The notes under the pieces are model-generated. The model had not been told where the DNA came from and searched no databases. It saw nothing but the letters and a program-made list of their open reading frames with translations. A stretch of DNA of 64,000 nucleotides from Eledone cirrhosa (lineage: Eukaryota). Positions 1 through 13,500 of the stretch are shown here, in pieces. The DNA is taken from the NCBI GenBank assembly GCA_964016885.1, contig OZ024743.1:157170001-157234000 (forward strand), in the 5' to 3' direction. The position numbers and the translations under genes are program-made. How positions within the stretch are numbered: position 1 is the stretch's first letter; each line of letters opens with the position of its first letter.

Positions 1-2623
1 TTGGCTCAGACAGTTTACCTACAACATTCACCCATGCCTGCATGTCATCGAGTAAGAGATTCATAATGTTCACAAACTTTTCAGGACAGCCCAATCTCTC
101 AAAAATAATCCACAAAGCCTTCCGATTAACGGTTTCAAATGCCTTGGTCAGATCGACAAAAATTTGGTATAAGTCCATGCGCTGCTCAATTTGTCTGAAG
201 ATGTCTGGCCGAGAAGATCGTGTCAACAATGCCTCTGCCGTTCCTAAAGCCACATTGGGACTAAGGACGTACTTCAACAGCAATGTGCTGTATCAATCTG
301 TCCAACAATATCCTGCACATGATTTTCACAGCCACAGATAGCAGTGAAATACCTCTGTAGTTGCCACAGTCATCTTTGGCTCCCTTTCCTTTGTAAAGTA
401 CACCATCAATTCATCTTTCCGATACTGTGGCACCACTTCTTCATTCCAAACATTCACAAAGAGAACAGTGGGGCGGTTTAAGAAGTTATCACTAGCACAC
501 TTTTAAATCTCGGTACTCAGTCCATCCATTCCAGGTGACTTGGCGCTGTTTAATTTGGCAATGGCCTTCGCCACCTCATCAAATGAAGGGGCTCAGCCAT
601 TGCCAGCTTCGTAGGTCTGGATGGAATCGACCGGATTAACTCATCATCAATTTCTGATGGTCTGTTGAGAAGCTCATGAAAGTGGTCATGCCACCTGATC
701 AGGATTTCCTTCAGATCTCTGAGCAATTCATTGCCGTCCCGGGTGCGAAGTGGTGATATTCGTGAACCGGTCGGACCATACACCTCCCTGAGCAGAATGT
801 ATAGGAGCTTTGTATCATGTCTATCTGAGGCCTTCTGGATTTCCTCAGCCTTTTGGCTCCACCAGGTATCCTGCATGGCTGTCAATCGGTGTTGCACACG
901 TGCCTTGATCTACCTGAGGGTCCGGTCACTCCTGTCAGAACGTGTCTCACACAACAATGATGTCAGCATTTTTGTTTCTCTTCAAGCAAGTCTGGATCAC
1001 TGCATCATTTTCATCGAACCAGTCTTTATGCTTTCTATTGGTATGACCCAAAACTTCAGCACTAACATCATAGACGGTCTTCTTAAATGATTCCCAAGTG
1101 TTTTCATATTCCATGGACTCAAGGGACCTTGACAGCTCAGCTCTAACTTTCTCTGTTTTCAGACGAGCCACGTTTAGTTGTTTTGGAAGTGCAACCTTCT
1201 TCCCCCTTAATTTGGGCTTCACAACAAATTGAAACTTGGCGCGCACCAGACGATGATCAGTCCAACATTCCGCGCCTCACAATAGACGAACCAATGTGAT
1301 ATCCTTGATATCACGTTTTCTCGTTAAAACGAAGTCAATAAGGTGCCACATCTTAGAACCTTGATGCATCCAAGTTATCTTATATTTGTCTTTCTGATGA
1401 AAGAGCGTGTTCCCAACAACAAGATCCATCTCAGTGCACATCTGCAACAGAAGTAGGCCATTGTTATTGCACTTACCTACTCCATGCCTGCCCATCACAC
1501 TCCAAGCTTCCCAGTCATTACCAACACGTGCATTAAAATCACCAAGGATGACAATCTTGTCTGCATAAGGTATACTATGTATGACCTCTCTCAAAGACAT
1601 GTAGAAACTTAGTTTTTCATCATCACTAGCACATATAGTAGGAGCGTACACACTGACCAGAGTCACAAAGCCGTTTTGAATAAGAGGGACTCTCATGGAC
1701 ATTATCCGACAATTGAATCCACAAGGAAGATTTTCTAGCTTTGAGACGATTCCATTCCTGACTGCAAATGCGATCCCTGCTTCTCTCCTACAACCCTCTG
1801 TTCCACCACTCCAATAGAAGGTATATCCTCCCTTCTGTTCTGTGAATTTACCCTCACCTGCCAATCTCGTTTCTGAAAGAGCTACGATGTCCATGCTATA
1901 GCGATCGAGTTCCCTCGACACCAAAGCAGATTTTCTTTCAGTGCGAGTTTTACTGGATTGGGAATCCAGTAAAGTTCTCACATTCCAACATCCGATATTA
2001 AGAAATTTGAGATCTTGGAGTTGTAGGATGACGACCGGGCCCACGCTGCGGTGCCATGGGACACCTGCCGGGCCAGACCCCTTCGCAATAAGTTCCGGAG
2101 ACCTTACTGCCATTGACCTCAAGGTTATCATCTGTCATCATAGAGTTTATTGCACTTTTAGGCTACGGCCAGCCACAGAAACCTGTAACAGATCCTGAGC
2201 AAGCGATGCCTGTGCTTTGAAGGTTTTTTAAGTGGGGAAAGGCCTTGCACGCGACCAATCCCACCCTCTGAGCATCGAAAACACTACCCGAAAAGGAGAA
2301 CTGGTCAACGTCATCGGATGCTTCCAAAGCCGCACGTTTTTTTCAGAGTTTCCCTCTCCTAGAAAGGTGTTGTGGCAACAACATGAGGCCCTTCACTCCC
2401 AGGTTAAAAAAAAACAAAAAACCTACTATTTGGATGGCCGTTGACTCAGCTGAGTTCCTCCGCCTTTTGCCAGGTTTTGTATTTCATCCCGCAGGGTGTC
2501 CAAATATCACCCTCCTCACCAAGCAAGCTTGGTGGTGTTGCCGGTTTAGTCGCCGACGACCCGACCATGAGACAGGTAGTACTGGGTTACATGTTACCAG
2601 TAGCACTCAAGAGCAACCTGACA
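1..2623 (-). mobile_element. RTE-clade (BovB-like) non-LTR retrotransposon, 5' part: 5'UTR, APE endonuclease, start of RT; frameshifted, runs off the window start
   Basis: ORF 1277-2131 has APE motifs (IGCWNVRTL, DIVALSETRL, LVSVYAPT, VILGDFNARVG, WHLIDFVL). The reading continues through frameshifts (SDHRL, KHKDWFDEND, WHDHFHELLNRPS) towards RT-like sequence near 1-550. Confidence 0.93.
1277..2131 (-). pseudogene. Apurinic/apyrimidinic-type endonuclease domain of the RTE LINE ORF (disrupted downstream)
   Basis: Canonical APE motifs in the translated ORF; ends at a frameshift/stop. Confidence 0.9.
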
Positions 2624-3608
2624 CATAACATACATACATACATACATGCATATATACAAAAATACATACATACATATATACAAAAATATATAAATAAAAT
2701 GCTATAAAAATTAATATATCCCTATCCACTATGATACATTAGCATTGATATATTATATATAAGGATATATTCCTTGTCTTGCTCTAATATTTTTAAAAGA
2801 TTCTTTTAGTTAACATGGTTGTTCAAACCCGGAGGAAATAACAGGCAAATATCCGCTACTGTTATAGCTTTTATCATGGTGTTGGCCTGGTGCTAAACAA
2901 CATCGACAACACAACTCCTCCGTCCATTGTACTGCTCCATGAAGGCAATAAAACTATTTAATACTGGACGCTACAAGAAACACCTTCTCTAATTTTCAGT
3001 GGGCAAAGTACTATATTTGTGCTATTATATTAGCCACAACTGTACGGTTTTATAATATTAAAGACATGTTATACTTCAATTTATATTTTTATCCTCAAAT
3101 CTGCAATACGTATATTTATAATCACTTTCTACATACGTGTTATCTCAACTCAAATTTATATCTAAACGTAAATTTTGACAGGATAATTACACAATTAACA
3201 GCCCATCGACTAGAGCAGTTCTTCTCTTCCATCCAAATCCGCAGGTCATTAAATTCACAATATTTATATCTTATTTAATTTCTATATATATTTGAAAAAT
3301 GTATATACAAGTGATGAGCATATGCCCTCCAATCCATCTAATATAGCAATTACCTTAAATAATCTGTGATTACGAAACTTAACTTTATTTCTATACTATG
3401 TAATTTGTTTAGCATATATTATGAAACGCCTGGTCTTACTTGTGGATCCAGCAGGGTTACTTGAGAATTTCTCCTGACAGGGTTCATTGGAAGCCGTGCG
3501 CAAGGATTCTGATCACAGGTCACTTCCACGAAAAAGTGAACGAAGAACAAACTCTTTTTCTTTAACTATATTTCTAACCAATTCTGCCCCCACTGCATGG
3601 TGTGTTGA

Positions 3609-3800
3609 TTCTTCTTCTTCTTCTTCTTCTTCTTCTTCTTCTTCTTCTTCTTCTTCTTCTTCTTCTTCTTCTTCTTCTTCTTCTTCTTCTTCTTCTTCTT
3701 CTTCTTCTTCTTCTTCTTCTTCTTCTCTACAATGATCCTCCTCCAGCTCACCCTCACTAACATTGCCGTCTCAATTCCCCATTCTCAATTCTCCATTCTT
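3609..3800 (-). mobile_element. Extreme 3' end of an RTE LINE with (GAA)n tail
   Basis: (TTC)n at 3609-3725 on plus; the minus strand reads ..VRVSWRRIIVE immediately before the (GAA)n tract, like RTE C-termini. Confidence 0.5.
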
Positions 3801-4801
3801 CCAAAACGGTGTCGTCTTAACAAAAAAAACGTCCATTACAATGGTTGGTCTCCCATCTCTACACATATCACGTTTCCCGAAAACGTATAAATGACGATTG
3901 CGCGTTGTTTTGCATTAACAAATTGTCTGTTTATGAGCTCATCAGTGATAATAGTCTATTTATTTTGTTATTTAATACAGCAACTAACTATTTCCACAGA
4001 TTCTCTACTCAATATAATTCTTTAATTATCTAATTATTCATGTATGTATTTAGTAAGTTATATTTGGTTAAATCGCCTGTATCATAATTGAATCGCCAGC
4101 AAATATAGTTAGATATTTTTTTCTTAAATACATTGTGGTCTCCTCCTACGCAAGGAACATTCAAAGATATTAGGAACGACCGTCCATAACTTATATTCTA
4201 TTGTTATTCATCCCATTTTATTGCAACTTACATTATCTTATCTTACCTCAAATGTTATCCTTATTTATTCATTCGATTTCAGTTATGTTACTTTGATTGT
4301 AATCTAAATCAGTAGCAATATTTGTTATTGAATTTGTCTTTGCGTTTTGTTTATTTTTTGTTTCTTTTTCTTGTAATCAATCACAAATGTGGTGTTATAA
4401 CGGAATTTTTGGTAGACCTAATATGATGTATGCGCGCTTCCTCCTGTTGTTTTTTCTGCCATATCTGCACTTAAAAGATGCATTTCAGTTAGAGGTTTCA
4501 ATGTATGTATTTTGTTTTCCTTACTATGAAAATACTCTAACAAATTAAGCATATAAGCTCCTGGGGTCAGACAATAGTGGACAGCGTCACCCGTAAAATT
4601 CGAACTTAAATCAGCCTAATACTGGGGTGTTACGCTTACCATTTGGAAGAGGAAGATGCTTCGAAATTTTACGTTATTTTAAGTTTTATCAATGGACCAA
4701 ATTTAAAGAAATGATCTAATTTTAGAAATATTGAGCGGATATATATTATATTGAAATCGACTTAGAGTAGGAAGCTTCAACGCACGAATTTGTTTTTAAT
4801 T

Positions 4802-4938
<137 letters not shown>

Positions 4939-5729
4939 TATTTTCCGTTGTGTTGTAATATAAATATTACACACAGTTGATTGACAGCTCACGTAGAGTT
5001 TGCTCGACGGTTCCAGTTGTAGTTCCAAAAGTAATCCGGAGAAAAATAGAAAGATTTGAATGGATACAGTTTAGTTGAAAGGAATTTATTGACACGTGTT
5101 TCTATAACAGTTACATAACCTGAAAACAGCTGCTATATACAAAGTATTAGTTATGCAGACATTCAATATTTCAATGTTATTATTTACTGTCATTTCATCA
5201 GAATAATATTACTGAGGACCTGTTTGGTTTTTATAGAGAATATTAGGAGGGAGGGGTGAAGTTGTTAGAAGAATAGTTGAGGGAGTGGTTTTTTGATAGC
5301 AGTGAGAATTTTTGGTGGCAGTGAGTAATTAGATTCCCATCTGTTGTTTTGACATTTTTATAGAATATATTATTGCTTATTTTTCTAAATATATAGAAGG
5401 ATTAGAGATAGTAAAGATATGCGTGGTTGGTTTTGTGTTTGCACTTAATTAACATTCAGACTTAATTTTTTCTTTCAAGTGTACGTATACTTTCACCCAC
5501 GCATTCACACACAAACATATTTGCACACCTCTACAAAATACATATATTCACATTCACATAGTAACATGTTCATACTTACATACATATACACATGCATACA
5601 TATATACACACATGTATTCATGTGTAAACATTTTTATACTCAACTTATCTTTATATACACACGTATAGACACACACATATTTACATACATACTCTAGTCT
5701 ATGTGTATATATATACATATACATATATA

Positions 5730-5773
<44 letters not shown>

Positions 5774-6050
5774 CACTTTAATACATGAATACACTTACAT
5801 CTAACTATACACATCAAACATATATATATATTTACTTATTTATATACATTTTCACATATATATACATACTTATGGTCGCTTTTTAGACACATTCATTATC
5901 GCATTTTTGCACCTATTCTCGTCAGCATATCTTTCCATTATTAGTGTGGTAATTTGAGGTTATTAATATACATATATATGTTGAGAAGAGATTGTTTTTA
6001 TATTTTTCTAACTAGATTGAGGTTTATATAGTTGGGGGGATGTCCCTCTT

Positions 6051-6690
6051 TTATGTAATATTCGGCTTGTAGTGGGGAAAAAGGGTTTTAGTTCGGTGAC
6101 GGCAGAATAATGTTCGTTCAATTCTGTTATTCAGCAATTTCTTCTTGTGTGTGATTATGTAATAAATCTCAAGATTACACAATTTGCAGAAATTTGGGCT
6201 CCTGGAAAAGCATTGGGTTTTAGCTAATTTCTCCCATTTTAGGGTAAACTTTTGATCGCTATCCCTGAGCGTCCAAGCGTTTTCTGCTAAAGTTGTTACA
6301 TTTCTTTGGCTCTGGTGTTTTATTGAGTAAGAATGCCTATATAATCGAGATTTAAACGATGTTGCCGTTGATCCCACGTAATACCACTCGTTGCCTCCGG
6401 ATTTAATGGTACACTTATAAATAATATTTTTTTCCAGGCAGTTATTGACGAGGGGGCAGTTGTCAGGATAGGTGCAGTTACAGTTGTGTACGTTGGGTTT
6501 TCTCTGGAGTAGTATTGCGGACGAACTTAGGTGTGGTTTATTTATGTTCTGTAGTGTATTGTCTACTATTTTTTTTGTGTTCTTTGTACTTAAGTTTTTA
6601 GTGTTTTCGTTTAACCTTCTAGTATTGATCTTTTTTATGTGTTGTTCAAGGTTTAACGCTGTAGAGTATGACAGTCTTATAGTGGTAACT
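6051..6690 (-). pseudogene. PLE GIY-YIG endonuclease C-terminal fragment
   Basis: ORF 6051-6377 plus upstream in-frame sequence; similar to the C-terminus of ORF 26572-28209. Confidence 0.85.
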
Positions 6691-6957
6691 TGAAAGAAAA
6701 ATTTAAGTCTGAATGTTAATTAAGTGCAAACACAAAACCAACCACGCATATCTTTACTATCTCTAATCCTTCTATAGATTTAGAAAAATAAGCTATAATA
6801 TATTCTATAAAAATGTCAAAACAACAGATGGGAATCTAATTACTCACTGCCACCAAAAATTCTCACTGCTATCAAAAAACCACTCCCTCAACTATTCTTC
6901 TAACAACTTCACCCCTCCCTCCTAATATTCTCTATAAAAACCAAACAGGTCCTCAGT

Positions 6958-7020
6958 AATATTATTCTGATGAAATGACAGTAAATAATAACATTGAAAT
7001 ATTGAATGTCTGCATAACTA
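6958..7020 (+). ncRNA. Degenerate type-I hammerhead motif in the inverted pLTR (sense copy at ~5150-5210, minus)
   Basis: CTGATGA (6967-73), AATG..CATT stem II, GAAA (6996-99), short stem III ending GTC; stem I pairs poorly. Confidence 0.55.
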
Positions 7021-7114
7021 ATACTTTGTAGATAGCAGCTGTTTTCAGGTTATGTAACTGTTATAGAAACACGTGTCAATAAATTCCTTTCAACTAAACT
7101 GTATCCATTCAAAT

Positions 7115-7190
<76 letters not shown>

Positions 7191-7194
<4 letters not shown>

Positions 7195-7296
7195 GGAATA
7201 AATGAAACGAAATTTCATTTCTCACTCTTATGACGGCTGTTACTTAAATATAAGTATGTATACGTACATACATATATGTATACAGACGTACAGTAG

Positions 7297-7336
<40 letters not shown>

Positions 7337-7395
7337 CACACATATATATGTACGTATAGATTCACCGAACATTTATTGTAATGCTCTGTATACAT
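7191..7395. mobile_element. Terminal fragment of the fold-back/MITE family seen at 56195-56825
   Basis: Reverse-complement match to ~56630-56820 (gaaacgaaatttcatttctcactctta...cgtacagtagtatg...accgaacatttatt). Confidence 0.7.
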
Positions 7396-7479
7396 ATATG
7401 TATGTACGTATACATGCCACGCATGTCGGATATTGTTTATCGTGATTTCGTGGGCTGATATTCCGATTCTCGATTATTC

Positions 7480-7550
<71 letters not shown>

Positions 7551-7555
<5 letters not shown>

Positions 7556-10500
7556 GAATAATCGAGAATCGGAATATCAGCCCACGAAATCACGATAAAC
7601 AATATCCGACATGCGTGGCAGAGGGCTCAATAATTTGGATAAATCAGAGCTATAACTATCGTTAAAATACCAACACTTAGAGAACATGCCTAAAATCACC
7701 CATGCAGCCGAAAAAGAACGACCAGGAAGATTCGCGTCACTCAAATAAAATATCAATAAATTAATAAATTAAATGAATGTAAAAAACTCACCCGGACCCG
7801 CTAGAAAGATGTTAAATCTAGCTTCTTGGGTTTCTGCATTTCCTTAATCCAATCACTATCAGCCCACATAAAAAATATATAAGACTTCTAGAGAAGGGAC
7901 GAACGAGGAAAGGCTTCGTCAACGAGTTTTCGTCCAATAATACAGAGGGGACCCAAGGCCAAAAACGCACATGGTATTCAGCGAGGGAGGGAACCCCTAT
8001 ATTAGCGAAAGAATTCGGTGATGTGTAAATCATGTAAGAATACAAATTATCACATATCGAATCAGAGTGATCAACAGACGTGTTAAAATAAACACGAGCT
8101 ATTCAACAGTCAATAAGATCAACAAAAAAAATCATCAATAAAATTAACTGGTCAATAGCTAAGGTCTAGAGCTAAATATAGTAGAATAATCGAGAATCGG
8201 AATATCAGCCCACGAAATCCCGATAAACAATATCCGACATGCGTGGCAGAGGGCTCAATAATTTGGATAAATCAGAGCTATAACTATCGTTAAAATACCA
8301 ACACTTAGAGAACATGCCTAAAATCACCCATGCAGCCGAAAAAGAACGACCAGGAAGATTCGCGTCACTCAAATAAAATATCAATAAATTAATAAATTAA
8401 ATGAATGTAAAAAACCTCACCCGGACCCGCTAGAAAGATGTTAAATCTAGCTTCTTGGGTTTCTGCAATTCCTTAAGCCAATCACTATCAGCCCACATAA
8501 AAAATATATAAGACTTCTATAGAAGAGACGAACGAGGAAAGGCTTCGTCAACGAGTTTTCGTCCAATAATACAGAGGGGACCCAAGGCCAAAAACGCACA
8601 TGGTATTCAGCGAGGGAGGGAACCCCTATATTAGCGAAAGAATTCGGTGATGTGTAAATCATGTAAGAATACAAATTATCACATATCGAATCAGAGTGAT
8701 CAACAGACGTGTTAAAATAAACACGAGCTATTCAACAGTCAATAAGATCAACAAAAAAATCATCAATAAAATTAACTGGTCAATAGCTAAGGTCTAGAGC
8801 TAAATATAGTAGAATAATCGAGAATCGGAATATCAGCCCACGAAATCCCGATAAACAATATCCGACATGCGTGGCAGAGGGCTCAATAATTTGGATAAAT
8901 CAGAGCTATAACTATCGTTAAAATACCAACACTTAGAGAACATGCCTAAAATCACCCATGCAGCCGAAAAAGAACGACCAGGAAGATTCGCGTCACTCAA
9001 ATAAAATATCAATAAATTAATAAATTAAATGAATGTAAAAAACTCACACGGACCCGCTAGAAAGATGTTAAATCTAGCTTCTTGGGTTTCTGCAATTCCT
9101 TAAGCCAATCACTATCAGCCCACATAAAAAATATATAAGACTTCTATAGAAGAGACGAACGAGGAAAGGCTTCGTCAACGAGTTTTCGTCCAATAATACA
9201 GAGGGGACCCAAGGCCAAAAACGCACATGGTATTCAGCGAGGGAGGGAACCCCTATATTAGCGAAAGAATTCGGTGATGTGTAAATCATGTAAGAATACA
9301 AATTATCACATATCGAATCAGAGTGATCAACAGACGTGTTAAAATAAACACGAGCTATTCAACAGTCAATAAGATCAACAAAAAAATCATCAATAAAATT
9401 AACTGGTCAATAGCTAAGGTCTAGAGCTAAATATAGTAGAATAATCGAGAATCGGAATATCAGCCCACGAAATCCCGATAAACAATATCCGACATCCGTG
9501 GCAGAGGGCTCAATAATTTGGATAAATCAGAGCTATAACTATCGTTAAAATACCAACACTTAGAGAACATGCCTAAAATCACCCATGCAGCCGAAAAAGA
9601 ACGACCAGGAAGATTCGCGTCACTCAAATAAAATATCAATAAATTAATAAATTAAATGAATGTAAAAAACTCACCCGGACCCGCTAGAAAGATGTTAAAT
9701 CTAGCTTCTTGGGTTTCTGCAATTCCTTAAGCCAATCACCATCAGCCCACAAAAAAATATATAAGACTTATATAGAAGAGACGAACGAGGAAAGGCTTCG
9801 TCAACGAGTTTTCGTCCAATAATACAGAGGGGACTCAAGGCCAAAAACGCACATGGTATTCAGCGAGGGAGGGAACCCCTATATTAGCGAAAGAATTCGG
9901 TGATGTGTAAATCATGTAAGAATACAAATTATCACATATCGAATCAGAGTGATCAACAGACGTGTTAAAATAAACACGAGCTATTCAACAGTCAATAAGA
10001 TCAACAAAAAAATCATCAATAAAATTAACTGGTCAATAGCTAAGGTCTAGAGCTAAATATAGTAGAATAATCGAGAATCGGAATATCAGCCCACGAAATC
10101 CCAATAAACAATATCCGACATGCGTGGCAGAGGGCTCAATAATTTGGATAAATCAGAGCTATAACTATCGTTAAAATACCGACACTTAGAGAACATGCCT
10201 AAAATCACCCATGCAGCCGAAAAAGAACGACCAGGAAGATTCGCGTCACTCAAATAAAATATCAATAAATTAATAAATTAAATGAATGTAAAAAACTCAC
10301 CCGGACCCGCTAGAAAGATGTTAAATCTAGCTTCTTGGGTTTCTGCAATTCCTTAAGCCAATCACTATCAGCCCACATAAAAAATATATAAGACTTATAT
10401 AGAAGAGACGAACGAGGAAAGGCTTCGTCAACGAGTTTTCGTCCAATAATACAGAGGGGACCCAAGGCCAAAAACGCACATGGTATTCAGCGAGGGAGGG

Positions 10501-13500
10501 AACCCCTATATTAGCGAAAGAATTCGGTGATGTGTAAATCATGTAAGAATACAAATTATCACATATCGAATCAGAGTGATCAACAGACGTGTTAAAATAA
10601 ACACGAGCTATTCAACAGTCAATAAGATCAACAAAAAAATCATCAATAAAATTAACTGGTCAATAGCTAAGGTCTAGAGCTAAATATAGTAGAATAATCG
10701 AGAATCGGAATATCAGCCCACTAAATCCCGATAAACAATATCCGACATGCGTGGCAGAGGGCTCAATAATTTGGATAAATCAGAGCTATAACTATCGTTA
10801 AAATACCAACACTTAGAGAACTTGCCTAAAATCACCCATGCAGCCGAAAAAGAACGACCAGGAAGATTCGCGTCACTCAAATAAAATATCAATAAATTAA
10901 TAAATTAAATGAATGTAAAAAACTCACCCGGACCCGCTAGAAAGATGTTAAATCTAGCTTCTTGGGTTTCTGCAATTCCTTAAGCCAATCACTATCAGCC
11001 CACATAAAAAATATATAAGACTTATATAGAAGAGACGAACGAGGAAAGGCTTCGTCAACGAGTTTTCGTCCAATAATACAGAGGGGACCCAAGGCCAAAA
11101 ACGCACATGGTATTCAGCGAGGGAGGGAACCCCTATATTAGCGAAAGAATTCGGTGATGTGTAAATCATGTAAGAATACAAATTATCACATATCGAATCA
11201 GAGTGCTCAACAGACGTGTTAAAATAAACACGAGCTATTCAACAGTCAATAAGATCAACAAAAAAATCATTAATAAAATTAACTGGTCAATAGCTAAGGT
11301 CTAGAGCTAAATATAGTAGAATAATCGAGAATCGGAATATCAGCCCACGAAATCCCGATAAACAATATCCGACATGCGTGGCAGAGGGCTCAATAATTTG
11401 GATAAATCAGAGCTATAACTATCGTTAAAATACCAACACTTAGAGAACATGCCTAAAATCACCCATGCAGCCGAAAAAGAACGACCAGGAAGATTCGCGT
11501 CACTCAAATAAAATATCAATAAATTAATAAATTAAATGAATGTAAAAAACTCACCCGGACCCGCTAGAAAGATGTTAAATCTAGCTTCTTGGGTTTCTGC
11601 AATTCCTTAATCCAATCACTATCAGCCCACATAAAAAATATATAAGACTTCTATAGAAGAGACGAACGAGGAAAGGCTTCGTCAACGAGTTTTCGTCCAA
11701 TAATACAGAGGGGACCCAAGGCCAAAAACGCACATGGTATTCAGCGAGGGAGGGAACCCCTATATTAGCGAAAGAATTCGGTGATGTGTAAATCATGTAA
11801 GAATACAAATTATCACATATCGAATCAGAGTGCTCAACAGACGTGTTAAAATAAACACGAGCTATTCAACAGTCAATAAGATCAACAAAAAAATCATTAA
11901 TAAAATTAACTGGTCAATAGCTAAGGTCTAGAGCTAAATATAGTAGAATAATCGAGAATCGGAATATCAGCCCACGAAATCCCAATAAACAATATCCGAC
12001 ATGCGTGGCAGAGGGCTCAATAATTTGGATAAATCAGAGCTATAACTATCGTTAAAATACCAACACTTAGAGAACATGCCTAAAATCACCCATGCAGCCG
12101 AAAAAGAACGACCAGGAAGATTCGCGTCACTCAAATAAAATATCAATAAATTAATAAATTAAATGAATGTAAAAAACTCACCCGGACCCGCTAGAAAGAT
12201 GTTAAATCTAGCTTCTTGGGTTTCTGCAATTCCTTAATCCAATCACTATCAGCCCACATAAAAAATATATAAGACTTCTATAGAAGAGACGAACGAGGAA
12301 AGGCTTCGTCAACGAGTTTTCGTCCAATAATACAGAGGGGACCCAAGGCCAAAAACGCACATGGTATTCAGCGAGGGAGGGAACCCCTATATTAGCGAAA
12401 GAATTCGGTGATGTGTAAATCATGTAAGAATACAAATTATCACATATCGAATCAGAGTGATCAACAGACGTGTTAAAATAAACACGAGCTATTCAACAGT
12501 CAATAAGATCAACAAAAAAATCATCAATAAAATTAACTGGTCAATAGCTAAGGTCTAGAGCTAAATATAGTAGAATAATCGAGAATCGGAATATCAGCCC
12601 ACGAAATCCCGATAAACAATATCCGACATGCGTGGCAGAGGGCTCAATAATTTGGATAAATCAGAGCTATAACTATCGTTAAAATACCAACACTTAGAGA
12701 ACATGCCTAAAATCACCCATGCAGCCGAAAAAGAACGACCAGGAAGATTCGCGTCACTCAAATAAAATATCAATAAATTAATAAATTAAATGAATGTAAA
12801 AAACTCACCCGGACCCGCTAGAAAGATGTTAAATCTAGCTTCTTGGGTTTCTGCAATTCCTTAAGCCAATCACTATCAGCCCACATAAAAAATATATAAG
12901 ACTTATATAGAAGAGACGAACGAGGAAAGGCTTCGTCAACGAGTTTTCGTCCAATAATACAGAGGGGACCCAAGGCCAAAAACGCACATGGTATTCAGCG
13001 AGGGAGGGAACCCCTATATTAGCGAAAGAATTCGGTGATGTGTAAATCATGTAAGAATACAAATTATCACATATCGAATCAGAGTGATCAACAGACGTGT
13101 TAAAATAAACACGAGCTATTCAACAGTCAATAAGATCAACAAAAAAATCATCAATAAAATTAACTGGTCAATAGCTAAGGTCTAGAGCTAAATATAGTAG
13201 AATAATCGAGAATCGGAATATCAGCCCACGAAATCCCGATAAACAATATCCGACATGCGTGGCAGAGGGCTCAATAATTTGGATAAATCAGAGGTATAAC
13301 TATCGTTAAAATACCAACACTTAGAGAACATGCCTAAAATCAACCATGCAGCCGAAAAAGAACGACCAGGAAGATTCGCGTCACTCAAATAAAATATCAA
13401 TAAATTAATAAATTAAATGAATGTAAAAAACTCACCCGGACCCGCTAGAAAGATGTTAAATCTAGCTTCTTGGGTTTCTGCAATTCCTTAAGCCAATCAC

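Larger units (their letters stand above)
5046..7122 (-). mobile_element. 5'-truncated Penelope-like element (GIY-YIG end) with 3' pLTR 5046-5480 and inverted copy 6688-7122
   Basis: Minus strand ~6050-6690 encodes ..CNC..CPL..CL..IIYKC..YVGSTATSFKSRLYRH..CKLCNLE..CRHR (GIY-YIG). 5046-5480 is the reverse complement of 6688-7122. The right end abuts (TA)n. Confidence 0.88.
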
